64,000 nucleotides of DNA from a virus: IMG/VR virus record IMGVR_UViG_3300025732_000035, positions 9,131-73,130 of that record. The stretch is one strand, 5' to 3'. A program made the position numbers and the translations under genes. Below the pieces are notes generated by a model. That model was given only the letters and a program-made list of their open reading frames with translations, was not told where the DNA came from and did not search any database. Of the stretch, positions 1-9,443 are shown piece by piece; position 1 is the first letter of the stretch, and each line of letters begins with the position of its first letter.

Positions 1-1
1 C

Positions 2-751
2 CGTCACGAACCAAATCGGCTTCAACTGAACAAGAAACGCTATTACGTCTGCGACGATTTTCCCAATGTCCCCGTAGGGTATGTTTTGCCCTCTGTGACG
101 ACTATTGCGAGCGCGTGTTCGTCGCCTGGCAAGATTGCAGCTCTCATGAACTGGCGCAGGAAGGTGGGCGATGAAGAAGCTAATCGTCGCACTCGTAATG
201 CTGTGGATCGAGGCAATTGGCTTCACGGTGTTCTAGAAGACCTCTGGAATGGTGAAGACATTCAAGCCCACCTCGACTCGCATAAAAACTACGTGCCTTA
301 TTTTGAAAGCATCATGGGCTTTCTTGAACGCGTAGATAGTCCACTGCTTGTTGAAAGCGCCATCGCTTGGTACGATCCAGCACAAGAAATTGGCTATTCA
401 GGTACTTTTGATATGCTCGCCAAAATGAACAACGGTGCTTATGCGCTGCTTGATTGGAAGACGAGCTACAAGGAAAAGCCTGACACTCAGTTAGCCGACT
501 ATCGCATGCAGCTTGGCGCCTACGTGCAAGCTATTGAACAGATGTATGACATTGAAATCAATGAGGCACATTGCGCCATTGCTATTTATGATCCTGACAC
601 TGGCAATGGCCAGGAGGCGCAAATTATCAGCCTCTCCGAAGCTGAGCTTGCTATGCAAGCAGGCATCATGGTGCAGAAAGTGCAGCAGTTCTTCTTTGAG
701 CACTACCCAGGCGGGCGCCCCTTAACAATTTCTATGGACCGTGGAGCTTGA
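2..751 (+). CDS. PD-(D/E)XK exonuclease (phage recombination exonuclease type), 5'-truncated by the window edge
   Basis: Frame is open from base 2. Motifs LPSVTTI, RGNWLH, YSGTFD, LLDWKTS, QLGAY. Confidence 0.85.
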   Translation, partial: RHEPNRLQLNKKRYYVCDDFPNVPVGYVLPSVTTIASACSSPGKIAALMNWRRKVGDEEANRRTRNAVDRGNWLHGVLEDLWNGEDIQAHLDSHKNYVPYFESIMGFLERVDSPLLVESAIAWYDPAQEIGYSGTFDMLAKMNNGAYALLDWKTSYKEKPDTQLADYRMQLGAYVQAIEQMYDIEINEAHCAIAIYDPDTGNGQEAQIISLSEAELAMQAGIMVQKVQQFFFEHYPGGRPLTISMDRGA

Positions 752-822
752 CTCCTCTGTTCATAGCGCTATGCTTCTTATGCCCCTTCCAGGGCCTACT
801 ACACTCCGTTGAGGAACACTCA

Positions 823-1092
823 ATGCCCGCTGGCGACGCTCCTACTTTTTCTGGCACTCTCGATCTCACTCCTGACATCTTGAACGCGATGAAGAAGGCA
901 GGCACCAACCCCCAAGGAAACTACTCCCTACGTTTTGCGCTTTGGGACAATGACAAGCGCGACAAGGATACTGCCCCTCATTTCAAAGGGCAAGTGACCG
1001 TCAATAAGCTTGACAACTCTCCCAAGGCCTACGCTTCGATGTGGGACAACGGCAACAAGGCAAAGCAAAGCTTCTCTGACGATCCGTTTTGA
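823..1092 (+). CDS. Probable single-stranded DNA-binding protein
   Basis: GAGGA precedes ATG 823. Small beta-rich protein with acidic-aromatic tail (SDDPF), next to the exonuclease. Confidence 0.55.
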   Translation: MPAGDAPTFSGTLDLTPDILNAMKKAGTNPQGNYSLRFALWDNDKRDKDTAPHFKGQVTVNKLDNSPKAYASMWDNGNKAKQSFSDDPF

Positions 1093-1159
1093 TCGTTTCT
1101 TAAAGCTTTTCTTTTCTTGACAACGGGGCTCTTAAGAGCCCTTTTCTTTTTCCAGAACC

Positions 1160-1744
1160 ATGCTTCTTAATGACAAGGAAATCAGCATTCTTGCTGAAAA
1201 TGATCTTATTTTTCCTTTCGTCGCAGAGAAAACCAGGGAGCTTCCCAACGGCACCAAAGCCCTCTCATACGGCTTGAGCCATGCTGGATATGATTTGAGC
1301 CTTTCCCCAAAGGGCTTTATGGTCATCAATAACAATGCTCCCATTGAAGCGTTGGATGTGAAGGCCTTCAACAAAGAGCTGATGTATGAGGCAACGCCTG
1401 TTGAGCAGAATGGCTCCATGTTCTTCGTCCTTCCGCCGTTTTCTTATGCTCTTGGCGTGAGTGTGGAACTCTTGACAATGCCGCCTAACATAATGGGGAT
1501 CACAGACGGCAAGAGCACATATGCTCGACAAGGAACCATTCTTAACGTGTGCCCGATTGAGCCTGGCTGGAGTGGTCACCTTACTATCTCTATTGTCAAT
1601 CCTTTGGCTTTCCCCGTGCGCGTGTACGCAAACGAGGGCATCGTCCAAGTTATGTTCTTGCGTCTTAATTCCGACTCAGCTCAAGACTATGGCGATGGAA
1701 AATATCAAAATCAAGGCGCTAACGTAGCGTTTGCTGCTGTCTAA
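1160..1744 (+). CDS. dcd: dCTP deaminase
   Basis: LSYGLSHAGYDL, GKSTYARQG, PIEPGWSGHLT, YANEGIVQ, GKYQNQ. Confidence 0.93.
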   Translation: MLLNDKEISILAENDLIFPFVAEKTRELPNGTKALSYGLSHAGYDLSLSPKGFMVINNNAPIEALDVKAFNKELMYEATPVEQNGSMFFVLPPFSYALGVSVELLTMPPNIMGITDGKSTYARQGTILNVCPIEPGWSGHLTISIVNPLAFPVRVYANEGIVQVMFLRLNSDSAQDYGDGKYQNQGANVAFAAV

Positions 1745-1747
1745 TTA

Positions 1748-2110
1748 GTGAGCGCTCTTGAAGATCAGTTCTTAGAACTATGGCAAGCGCATTTCCCTGA
1801 CCTTCCATTGACCAGGGAATTCAGCGACGTATCAACCTGGGAATCTGATTTTCAAGAGCGCTATGCAAAAAGCAAGCGTTCAAAACGTTACAGGGCAGAC
1901 TTCGCTCATTTGTCTTCACATTCTCTTATTGAGATACAAGGTGGCACATTTAATCGTGGCCGTCACGTAACTGGCTCAGGTTATGAGCGTGATGCTCGTA
2001 AATTCAATTTGGCAATGATGGGTGGATGGAAAGTGTTTCTTCTTACCAGCCAAACGGCCAAAGATTTTTTTTGGCTTGAGCGGATTGCTGCTTTTCTGCA
2101 AGCGTCTTAA
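1748..2110 (+). CDS. Vsr/DUF559-like PD-(D/E)XK endonuclease
   Basis: RYRADFAH, IEIQGG, GRHVTGSGYERDARKFN, GWKVF. Confidence 0.8.
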   Translation: MSALEDQFLELWQAHFPDLPLTREFSDVSTWESDFQERYAKSKRSKRYRADFAHLSSHSLIEIQGGTFNRGRHVTGSGYERDARKFNLAMMGGWKVFLLTSQTAKDFFWLERIAAFLQAS

Positions 2111-2417
2111 TAGCCTCTCCGGCTTCGCCTAGCAACGCATCAGCGGCTTCAAGATCACACTGCTGCATTTGCATGGCTTGACGCAGTTCAAGATTCTCTT
2201 TTACTAGGGCAGTGACGGCTTCCTGCATGTTGCTCCAGCCTTCCATCATTGTGCAAGCCACTTCCCGTAGCTTCTCAATATCGCCGCATTCGCTTAGGGC
2301 TTTTTTATTGGCAACGAGAGCAAAGTCCCGTTCCATGCTGCGTTCAAAAGGCCCCATAACGCCAATACAATCTTGACCATTGTATTTTAAGCCAATGGGA
2401 ATAGAGAAGGTGTTCAT
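2043..2417 (-). CDS. Helical hypothetical protein, possible NblA-like domain
   Basis: SMERDF...LVK two-helix segment followed by a coiled coil. Confidence 0.5.
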   Translation of the reverse strand: MNTFSIPIGLKYNGQDCIGVMGPFERSMERDFALVANKKALSECGDIEKLREVACTMMEGWSNMQEAVTALVKENLELRQAMQMQQCDLEAADALLGEAGEAIKTLAEKQQSAQAKKNLWPFGW

Positions 2418-2447
2418 TGCTCTTGCATTGTTTCGTTTAGCCTAGCC

Positions 2448-2774
2448 ATGCAGCGATTTGGCAAACGGTTTGTTTATCGGGTGGATGATGGGAAGGATGC
2501 CGTAAAATGCGGGACGGGCTACCGTCCGTACAAGCTCCCTCGCACTCCTCGCAACCATGAATGGCTTCCAGGACAAGACGTGGTGTACGTACAACGTACA
2601 GCAGCAGGGTGGATGCCCTCTTCCATTGTTGGCACCATTGAAGGTTTTGATGCGAGCGGACGTGCCAAGAAGGCACGAGTACGGTGGCATTCAGCTACGA
2701 ACATTGCTCCTACAATCAGTTTGCAACGACTTCGACCCCTCTCGCTGATCAACCATGCTTACCAAAGCAACTGA
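2448..2774 (+). CDS. Hypothetical protein (SH3/KOW-like)
   Basis: ATG ORF in operon context; WLPGQDVVYV...ARVRW beta pattern. Confidence 0.55.
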   Translation: MQRFGKRFVYRVDDGKDAVKCGTGYRPYKLPRTPRNHEWLPGQDVVYVQRTAAGWMPSSIVGTIEGFDASGRAKKARVRWHSATNIAPTISLQRLRPLSLINHAYQSN

Positions 2775-2964
2775 CGACTTGCTTAAGGACTTGTCCAAAA
2801 CTATTGCAGTGTTGCTCGTAGGGTTTGGCGCGCTGTGTTTGCAAGCATGGCTTGTAAGCATTTGTGCAGGCTTGTTGATTCCTAGTTTTTCTTTGACTTT
2901 CTGGAACTGGGTGCTGATTGTCGCCACTTTTCGTTTCCTTATCACGACTGACAAAGCTGAATGA
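2755..2964 (+). CDS. Small membrane protein
   Basis: Two hydrophobic segments; ATGA overlap with thyX. Confidence 0.6.
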   Translation: MLTKATDDLLKDLSKTIAVLLVGFGALCLQAWLVSICAGLLIPSFSLTFWNWVLIVATFRFLITTDKAE

Positions 2965-3668
2965 TGACCAAAATTGATCCGCTAATGGATGGCATTAGCT
3001 TTGTGCGTCTCATTGATTGGATGGGAAGCTCTTTGGATATTGTTTGTGACGCCCGTCAAAGTTTTGATCAAACGAGTAGTGAATGGTCTGAAAAAGACCA
3101 AAAGCTGCTTAATTATTTAGTGCAACACAAGCACACCAGTCCATTTCGTGGTGTCATTACAAAATGGCAAGTGAAAGCTCCACTTTATGTTTGTCGGCAA
3201 TGGTGGAAGCATGTAATTGGTGGAACATTTGCTAACGATACACTTGGCTGGAATGAAAAAAGCTTTCGCTATTGCGAAGCCGATGATGAAGTGTCTTATA
3301 TGCCGCGAGGTTTTCGTTATCAAAGCTCAAACAATAAACAAGCCTCCAGTGGCCCCCTGGAGCCTGCTATGAATCAAGTGGCAATGATTGAATATGCCAA
3401 GGCATTAGAACAGGCTAAACAGGCTTACAGGGCTCTCCTGACGCTAGGAGTGAGCAAGGAGCAAGCGCGAGGAATCCTGCCTATGTCCACTTACACTTCT
3501 TTCACATGGACCTGCAGCTTGCAAGCTTTATTGCATTTTATTTCATTGCGAGATGAAGCTAGTAGTCAATGGGAAATTCAGGCTTATGCTCAAGCCTTAT
3601 CTTCCTTGGCCCGCCCATTGTTTAAAGAAGCTTTTGAAGCTTTTGATCTTCACCAAGCATCATTTTGA
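2961..3668 (+). CDS. thyX: Flavin-dependent thymidylate synthase
   Basis: HTSPF, RQWWKH, NEKSFRY, EQARGILP, FISLR, SQWEI. Confidence 0.93.
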   Translation: MMTKIDPLMDGISFVRLIDWMGSSLDIVCDARQSFDQTSSEWSEKDQKLLNYLVQHKHTSPFRGVITKWQVKAPLYVCRQWWKHVIGGTFANDTLGWNEKSFRYCEADDEVSYMPRGFRYQSSNNKQASSGPLEPAMNQVAMIEYAKALEQAKQAYRALLTLGVSKEQARGILPMSTYTSFTWTCSLQALLHFISLRDEASSQWEIQAYAQALSSLARPLFKEAFEAFDLHQASF

Positions 3669-3670
3669 CC

Positions 3671-4018
3671 ATGCACGATCCTGTTAAAAATCCTCGCCAC
3701 TATGCCAAAAACGGTGGCATTGAATGTATTGAGGCTATCGAAGCCTCAATGGACAAAGACGGCTTTAAGGGTTTCCTAAAGGGAAATATCATCAAATATG
3801 TTTGGCGCTATGAAGACAAGAATGGCTTGGAGGATTTGAAAAAAGCGAGCTGGTATCTTGACCTTCTCATCTTTAATATGGAAAATGAGCCACAGCAAGA
3901 AGCAATTGAAGCTCTTGAAAACGCCTCTCAGCAATGCGAAGGAGGATTTTGTCCGATGCCAGGTGTCCGTTACGATCTTCCAGGAAAACAAGTGATGTTT
4001 GCTCCCGTCGAAAGCTAA
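3671..4018 (+). CDS. DUF3310 / T7 gp1.7-like nucleotide kinase domain protein
   Basis: DPVKNPRHY, IECIEAI, GNIIKYVWRY, KNGLEDLKKASWYL. Confidence 0.85.
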   Translation: MHDPVKNPRHYAKNGGIECIEAIEASMDKDGFKGFLKGNIIKYVWRYEDKNGLEDLKKASWYLDLLIFNMENEPQQEAIEALENASQQCEGGFCPMPGVRYDLPGKQVMFAPVES

Positions 4019-4497
4019 GCAGCACTACAACAAAGCCCCCATAAGGGGGCTTTTTCATGTTCAATTGATTGATGCATCGGCAGGACAATCCCTTTCTTCT
4101 CGCACCATGCTTCAAGCTCTTTTTGGTCGGTGTGAGCACTAACAAAACTATTGCAATATACCCACGCCATTAAAATTTCTTCTTGCTTTTCAGTCCAAAA
4201 TTGCTGAGGACGCCACCATTCAAAAAGGTTTTCATTGCCTTTGGAAAGGTTGCAAGCTCGACAAGAAGGTACAAGATTAAATTTACTAAAATGAGGCCCT
4301 CCCTTGCTCTTTGGAATAATGTGGTCGATTGTAAGCTTTTCTTTCCATTCTCCGCAATATGCACAGGCGCATTGGCCAAATGGTCCCCTTAAAAAATAGT
4401 CTTCAAAGATGCTTTTGCGAAATCTGCGTTTTGCATCACCAGGGCGAAGTTCAATGAGAGAGTAAAGCAGCTCATCAGGACCATTCGCTCTTAGCAT
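4015..4497 (-). CDS. HNH endonuclease
   Basis: CAYCG, LTIDHIIPKSKGG, NLVPSCRACNLSKG. Confidence 0.9.
   Translation of the reverse strand: MLRANGPDELLYSLIELRPGDAKRRFRKSIFEDYFLRGPFGQCACAYCGEWKEKLTIDHIIPKSKGGPHFSKFNLVPSCRACNLSKGNENLFEWWRPQQFWTEKQEEILMAWVYCNSFVSAHTDQKELEAWCEKKGIVLPMHQSIEHEKAPLWGLCCSAA
4032..4055. terminator. Bidirectional intrinsic terminator-like hairpin
   Basis: AAAGCCCCC-ATAA-GGGGGCTTTTT at the junction of convergent genes. Confidence 0.65.
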
Positions 4498-4576
4498 GGC
4501 ACTATTAAATTGTCTTGCCCATAGTTTAACGCTAAATAATGCCTCGTGAATTTTTATAGAATAAGCGTATTGATTG

Positions 4577-4792
4577 ATGGCTATGGACAGTTTCAAGGAG
4601 GGCCTTGCAAATTTTGTAGCCACCATCACGGCTGGCATGTTGCTGTCAACAGGCGCCATGCTTATTGCAGTGGGCACTCAGCAAGCAAGAGTGGCAGTGC
4701 AAATTGAAAGCATCACCGAAAAGCTAAGCGTGCTCACAGACAAGATGAGTGACATTGAAACAAGAGTGCGCAGTTTAGAAATTAAGCGCTAG
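4577..4792 (+). CDS. Membrane/coiled-coil lysis-module protein
   Basis: N-terminal transmembrane segment plus coiled coil, upstream of the endolysin. Confidence 0.55.
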   Translation: MAMDSFKEGLANFVATITAGMLLSTGAMLIAVGTQQARVAVQIESITEKLSVLTDKMSDIETRVRSLEIKR

Positions 4793-4822
4793 CGTATTTA
4801 TATCTTCCTTGCATTGTTCATC

Positions 4823-4966
4823 ATGAGCGGCGCAGAATGGTTTGTTATTGGTGGTATCATTATTGCCGCCGCTGACCAAATTCTGGATCATTCCCCCTGG
4901 AAAAGCAACAACGTTCTTCAGCTTCTTATTGAAGGCCTGAAAACTATTTTCCGCGTGAAGGGCTGA
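4823..4966 (+). CDS. 47-aa putative holin (absent from the ORF track)
   Basis: MSGAEWFVIGGIIIAAADQILDHSPWKSNNVLQLLIEGLKTIFRVKG; ends 4 nt before the endolysin ATG. Confidence 0.6.
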   Translation: MSGAEWFVIGGIIIAAADQILDHSPWKSNNVLQLLIEGLKTIFRVKG

Positions 4967-4970
4967 GGCC

Positions 4971-5915
4971 ATGTGGCCGTCAAATCGAGCATTCTGGGAT
5001 GAATGCTTCCAAATTGCTCGTAAATATGGCGCTCGATATCCAGAACTGGTAGCTGCACAGTGCTGCTTAGAAAGTGGCTTTGGAAAGCACACTTCTGGAA
5101 AGCATAATTATTTAGGCTTAAAAGGAAGTGGCACTACTACAACCACGCAAGAATGGTATGACGGTCAATGGGTGACCATTAAAGCAGGATTCATTGATTT
5201 TCCCAGTCTTGCTGCTTGCATTGAATATCTAATCACGCGATGGTACAAAGATTATCGTCAATTTAAAGGCATTAATAATGCCCCTAATCGTTATGCAGCA
5301 GCGCGAATGCTCAAGGAGCAGTCGTATGCCACTGATCCCGATTACCCTATAAAACTATCTAAACTCATGAAGGAATATGCTCCTGAGAGCACTACTTTTA
5401 CTATGATTGGTCCAAAGAAACGCCCACAAGATTTTGGTTTTAAGAAAGGCGATTCACATTTAATCGTGAACGATGCAATAGAAACCATGAAAGCTTTCTC
5501 GTTTGAAGGAAAGCTGTTATGGGAAATCCCTTGTCTTGCTCGTGGGCAATATAGTGATTTTGAATGGAAGATTACTAATTCAGACACTCCCCCTGGCCTT
5601 TATAAAATTGGTGCCATTTACAAAGACTACGAGAAGGTGGGCGACAAGCCTGCTTATGACCGTACTCTCATGGCTTACGGCTGGTACAGCTTCGATATGG
5701 TCGAACTAGAAAATCAAGAAACCGGCAATAGTAGAGCCGGAATTATGACGCACGGAGGTGGCTCTGCTAATGGCTGGCCCGGCGCATGGGTTCCCAAGCA
5801 GCCCCTGGTCCCCACTCATGGTTGCGTGCGTTGTCATAATATTGACCTGCGCGACAAGATTCTTCCTCTCACTAAAGCCGGCACAGTATTTATTTCAGTG
5901 TTTCAGGAGGGATGA
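4971..5915 (+). CDS. Endolysin: GH73 glucosaminidase fused to an L,D-transpeptidase (YkuD) domain
   Basis: N-terminal AQCCLESGFG, HNYLGLKG, YATDPDY; C-terminal TPPGLY, MTHG...THGCVR. Confidence 0.85.
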   Translation: MWPSNRAFWDECFQIARKYGARYPELVAAQCCLESGFGKHTSGKHNYLGLKGSGTTTTTQEWYDGQWVTIKAGFIDFPSLAACIEYLITRWYKDYRQFKGINNAPNRYAAARMLKEQSYATDPDYPIKLSKLMKEYAPESTTFTMIGPKKRPQDFGFKKGDSHLIVNDAIETMKAFSFEGKLLWEIPCLARGQYSDFEWKITNSDTPPGLYKIGAIYKDYEKVGDKPAYDRTLMAYGWYSFDMVELENQETGNSRAGIMTHGGGSANGWPGAWVPKQPLVPTHGCVRCHNIDLRDKILPLTKAGTVFISVFQEG

Positions 5916-6316
5916 GTAGGCAATCCTGGTTTAATGCCTTGTGCTACGAACTAGGCTTATGGGCCGTCGAAAAGCGGCCCTCTCTTGCTTTGCAGCCATG
6001 GTTCAAAATGCTCATGGCTTATTGCAGGCCTGATTGGGCAGAGTGGAAAACAAAAATTGTTATGGAGAAAATCGACCAACAAACAACTGCGTTGGTCAAG
6101 CAATGGGGAAAAGAAGAGCGTGAAACAAAAGCAAATGCTCTCGCTGAAAAGGCCCATGAGCTTTTCCCTGATGCAAAAGTCACTCCTCTTCCTGATGCCA
6201 TCGTTCCATCTGTGCTTATTGAAAAAGCCCCGCCAGCGGACGCTAGCGAGGCCGTCAAAGCTCTTGGCGGAGAACTAAGGATTACGTACCAGCTCCCAGG
6301 CCCAGAAGCACCCTGA
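5912..6316 (+). CDS. Hypothetical protein
   Basis: ATGA overlap with the endolysin stop. Confidence 0.6.
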   Translation: MSRQSWFNALCYELGLWAVEKRPSLALQPWFKMLMAYCRPDWAEWKTKIVMEKIDQQTTALVKQWGKEERETKANALAEKAHELFPDAKVTPLPDAIVPSVLIEKAPPADASEAVKALGGELRITYQLPGPEAP

Positions 6317-6494
6317 GGCGCTTCCATTTGGCAAGCTCCTTCTCGTGATAGTCTTCCCATGTAGCAATGGTTTCACTCAGGGCCTTACAAGCCATTGCCG
6401 GATCATCATCTGTTAGCAGCTCAGCCAGAATGTCTGAAAGATGTTCGGTTTGCTGCTTGTACCACTCGCCTTCTGCAACAAATGGGAAAGCCAT
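6282..6494 (-). CDS. Hypothetical protein
   Basis: ATG ORF at the end of the leftward operon; helical and acidic. Confidence 0.5.
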   Translation of the reverse strand: MAFPFVAEGEWYKQQTEHLSDILAELLTDDDPAMACKALSETIATWEDYHEKELAKWKRLRVLLGLGAGT

Positions 6495-6530
6495 GAGAAA
6501 AGGGCAGTATGATGCTGCCCAAGCATAGCT

Positions 6531-7343
6531 TCAATATGATCCGCCGTCGATGGTGGAATTGACGATGGTCACGCCACTAAGCGTAACGTTTGAAATGGTG
6601 CCGCCAGTAATAGTCACACCGCTAGCTGCTTGAACAGCGATTGTGCCAAGCTCTAAAGCACTTCGTGCGCCTGATGCAGATGATGCTCCCGTGCCACCAT
6701 AAGCCAGTCCAATAGCAGTACCCTGCCAAATGCCGGTGCCAATAGTGCCAACGCTTGTCAGGCTTGAAGAGACAACGCCAGCACCAAGAGTTGTACCCGT
6801 TAATACAGACGAACCATTGATATAGAAGGCTTTGCCACTTGCAAGATTAATATGCTCACTACTTGTCCAAGCATCCGTAGCATCCACCCAGGAAAACGTC
6901 TTGTCCGTTGTTCCTTTTAAAGTGATGCCACCACCATCAGCGCTAGCGTCAGAAGGCGATGCAGTAGAGCCAAGTTCTAAATTCTTATCATCAACGCTAA
7001 TTGTCGTACTATTAACAGTGGTGGTAGTGCCATTAACGGTTAAATCCCCGCCAATTGTTACAGCGCCAGTTGTAGTAATTGTCGCAATAGTAGCGCCACT
7101 TAAATCAACTGTTCCAGTGAATGTTTTGTTGCCACTAATTGTTTGATTGCCAGTGAGATTTACAAAGGCTCCTTTGCCAGCGATTGCCTCAATGGTAGTA
7201 GCAGTGCTGTTTTGGCCGCCAGTTCCTTTTCCGTAATAAAGCGTATCATCAACTTCATTAAAGGCTAATTCTGCATTGGCTAAACTTGTCGGAGCACCAG
7301 CAGCGCCACTTGCACGACGCTTAATCCGTAAAGTATTAGACAT
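6531..7343 (-). CDS. Tail fibre-like virion protein
   Basis: LRIKRR...SLANAELAFNE N-terminus, GDLTVNGTTTTVNST, IDGGSY C-terminus. Confidence 0.8.
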   Translation of the reverse strand: MSNTLRIKRRASGAAGAPTSLANAELAFNEVDDTLYYGKGTGGQNSTATTIEAIAGKGAFVNLTGNQTISGNKTFTGTVDLSGATIATITTTGAVTIGGDLTVNGTTTTVNSTTISVDDKNLELGSTASPSDASADGGGITLKGTTDKTFSWVDATDAWTSSEHINLASGKAFYINGSSVLTGTTLGAGVVSSSLTSVGTIGTGIWQGTAIGLAYGGTGASSASGARSALELGTIAVQAASGVTITGGTISNVTLSGVTIVNSTIDGGSY

Positions 7344-7645
7344 CAGAAATTGCCTCCATCAGTGAGAAGAGTTTTAGTGATTGTTGCATCTGCTTTGAAC
7401 TTAGCAGCGGCAGCATCGTAGTAAACTACACTTCCATCAATCTTAGCGGTTTCGTCTAAATTAATTCCTTTTTCCCCTTGAGGACCAATGGCCCCTTGAG
7501 GGCCTTCACCAAAAAATTCAAGCCTTGGCGATGGTGGAGGAGCTTGTATTTGTATTGTATTTGCTTCTTGACTAACGACAACAGAAGCGTCTGCCGTTTC
7601 TGCAATTGAAACGATGGAAGAAGACTGTTGTACGACGACTGTCAT
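7343..7645 (-). CDS. Small virion protein with short collagen-like repeat
   Basis: GPQGAIGPQGEKG; DGGNF terminus. Confidence 0.65.
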   Translation of the reverse strand: MTVVVQQSSSIVSIAETADASVVVSQEANTIQIQAPPPSPRLEFFGEGPQGAIGPQGEKGINLDETAKIDGSVVYYDAAAAKFKADATITKTLLTDGGNF

Positions 7646-7980
7646 TTGAAGCTCAAGCCAAGATTAACAAAGGCATTTCCTTCAACTAAATAATATGCGC
7701 TATTGTTAGGCTCAGTTACTAGTACGTCATACTGTCCTTGCTGTGTAATGCCACTAGTCCCTGAGGCTTCTAAACGAATTTTGAATATACCACTAGCTTG
7801 ATTGATATACGTTACTGCAAAATCAGCAAGCTTCGTATTGCCGAGACGGTCGTACAATTTAGACGCAACGGTGTAGCCGCTCATGTTGACCGGCACACCA
7901 GAGGCGTCTTTATATTGCAATTGAAGCTCAAAAGTTGCGCCTTGATAAATCGTAATATCGTGCTTACCTGGCGTAATCAT
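7642..7980 (-). CDS. Putative tail/baseplate-associated protein
   Basis: ITIYQGATF, YDVLVT, YLVEG pattern common next to fibre genes. Confidence 0.6.
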   Translation of the reverse strand: MITPGKHDITIYQGATFELQLQYKDASGVPVNMSGYTVASKLYDRLGNTKLADFAVTYINQASGIFKIRLEASGTSGITQQGQYDVLVTEPNNSAYYLVEGNAFVNLGLSFK

Positions 7981-8015
7981 GATGAGCTTTTTCTTTCATT
8001 GTAATGCGCTTCTGG

Positions 8016-9242
8016 TTAAAGCGTTTCAATCCAGCCCAGCAAGCCAGTTGCTTTGGCATTGCCAGAGCTTGTCACCGTAAGAAACAGCTCATCGCTGACT
8101 CCGCTTCCATTGACACCCAAGGAAAGGCTAAGCCCATCTTGCACGTTAATCTCCACTGAACCAGCGCTGTAATAAAGGCCAGCATTAACAGTGGTGCCGC
8201 CAGAAACAATGCTACCGGCAGAAGTGGTTTCCACATTCCCCCTGCCATTGGCACTAGCGGCCCAAGTAACACCAGAAGTGGTTGGATTACGGCGAAGTTT
8301 CCATTCAATTGTAGTATTATCCTCCGTTACCAAATCAACTTTTACGGGAATAATCACATTGTCGGTGCGGCCACTTGCCATGCGAATACCAGCAACAATG
8401 CGCTCGCCAGTTGTATTAGGAATTACGCCTAGAGCAGGGGCAATTGTATACACTTCGCCGTAAAGTTCGTATCCGCCTTCGCTTGCAACCGTAGAGCAGA
8501 TTTGTTTCATTGTTGCACCACTGGCGCTTGTTGTATGCTTAGCGATGCGATAGGTTTGTGGCAATACTGCCGCTGTCATATAGACACTACTAATATTATT
8601 TGCATGAAGAAATTCATGGCAATAATAATATTCGCCATCAAGAATAAAGCCACAACGTGCTCGTCCTGCCCCTAGCCATTCAAGATCAGTAGTGAAGATA
8701 TTGGCCTTAGAAAAATCAAGCCACGAAGCAGTGTCAATATTCCATTGATCCTGATTAACGACGTTTTCAGTGACAATGCCAGAATATTTTCCTCTGACAA
8801 CAAACTGAAGAGTGGTGCCACTGGCACGAAGAATGATTCCATTATTGTCATCAAATAATCCCACTTCCTGAATAACACCACTTGCTGGTACTGACCCAGC
8901 AAAACTTTGAATGGAAAGCAAAGATTTCCCTGGCTGATAAGGAAATCTTCGGCGAGTGCGCCTCATTACGCTGTCACCAGATGCAGTGGTGACGGTCATA
9001 TTGATAGAGCTTTGATTTGCATCATGAACAGACGATGCAGAGCCAGTAATTGTTTCATTCCACACATCACTGCGCTTGTCGTAACGAAGCACGGAATCAA
9101 ACAATGTATAGGGTTGGCTCACGCGCTTGCGTGCAAACGCATCCACTTCCCCGCTATCAATGCCACGGCGCATAATTTGTCCGCGATAATCAGCGGCAAT
9201 CGCTGTTTCAAACTGCTCTCCACCCCTATTAACTTGTCCCAT
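8016..9242 (-). CDS. Beta-rich virion structural protein
   Basis: DAFARKRVSQPYTLFDS, YQPGKS, DLEWLGAGR; lies in the structural operon. Confidence 0.65.
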   Translation of the reverse strand: MGQVNRGGEQFETAIAADYRGQIMRRGIDSGEVDAFARKRVSQPYTLFDSVLRYDKRSDVWNETITGSASSVHDANQSSINMTVTTASGDSVMRRTRRRFPYQPGKSLLSIQSFAGSVPASGVIQEVGLFDDNNGIILRASGTTLQFVVRGKYSGIVTENVVNQDQWNIDTASWLDFSKANIFTTDLEWLGAGRARCGFILDGEYYYCHEFLHANNISSVYMTAAVLPQTYRIAKHTTSASGATMKQICSTVASEGGYELYGEVYTIAPALGVIPNTTGERIVAGIRMASGRTDNVIIPVKVDLVTEDNTTIEWKLRRNPTTSGVTWAASANGRGNVETTSAGSIVSGGTTVNAGLYYSAGSVEINVQDGLSLSLGVNGSGVSDELFLTVTSSGNAKATGLLGWIETL

Positions 9243-9278
9243 GATGTCTATGCTTTCTTCCCATTGTAACGACAAAAG

Positions 9279-9302
9279 AAAAGGGGCCTTTTGGCCCCTT
9301 TA
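9279..9302. terminator. Intrinsic terminator hairpin
   Basis: AAAAGGGGCC-TTTT-GGCCCCTTT with U-tract on the minus strand. Confidence 0.7.
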
Positions 9303-9443
9303 TTATTTGCCTTGTCCTCGCGTAAGTTTACGTCCGTGACTAGCTTTACTATGTTTTCCTTGGCCTTGCCTTGTAAGTTTTGGCTTGCCAGTTTGATGCA
9401 GCTTTTGCCCGCTAATACCAATCTTTGATTTTGCGGCCATTTA

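Noticed and set aside
2-751. Cas4
   Set aside because: Lacks the four-Cys Fe-S pattern; fits a phage recombination exonuclease next to an SSB.
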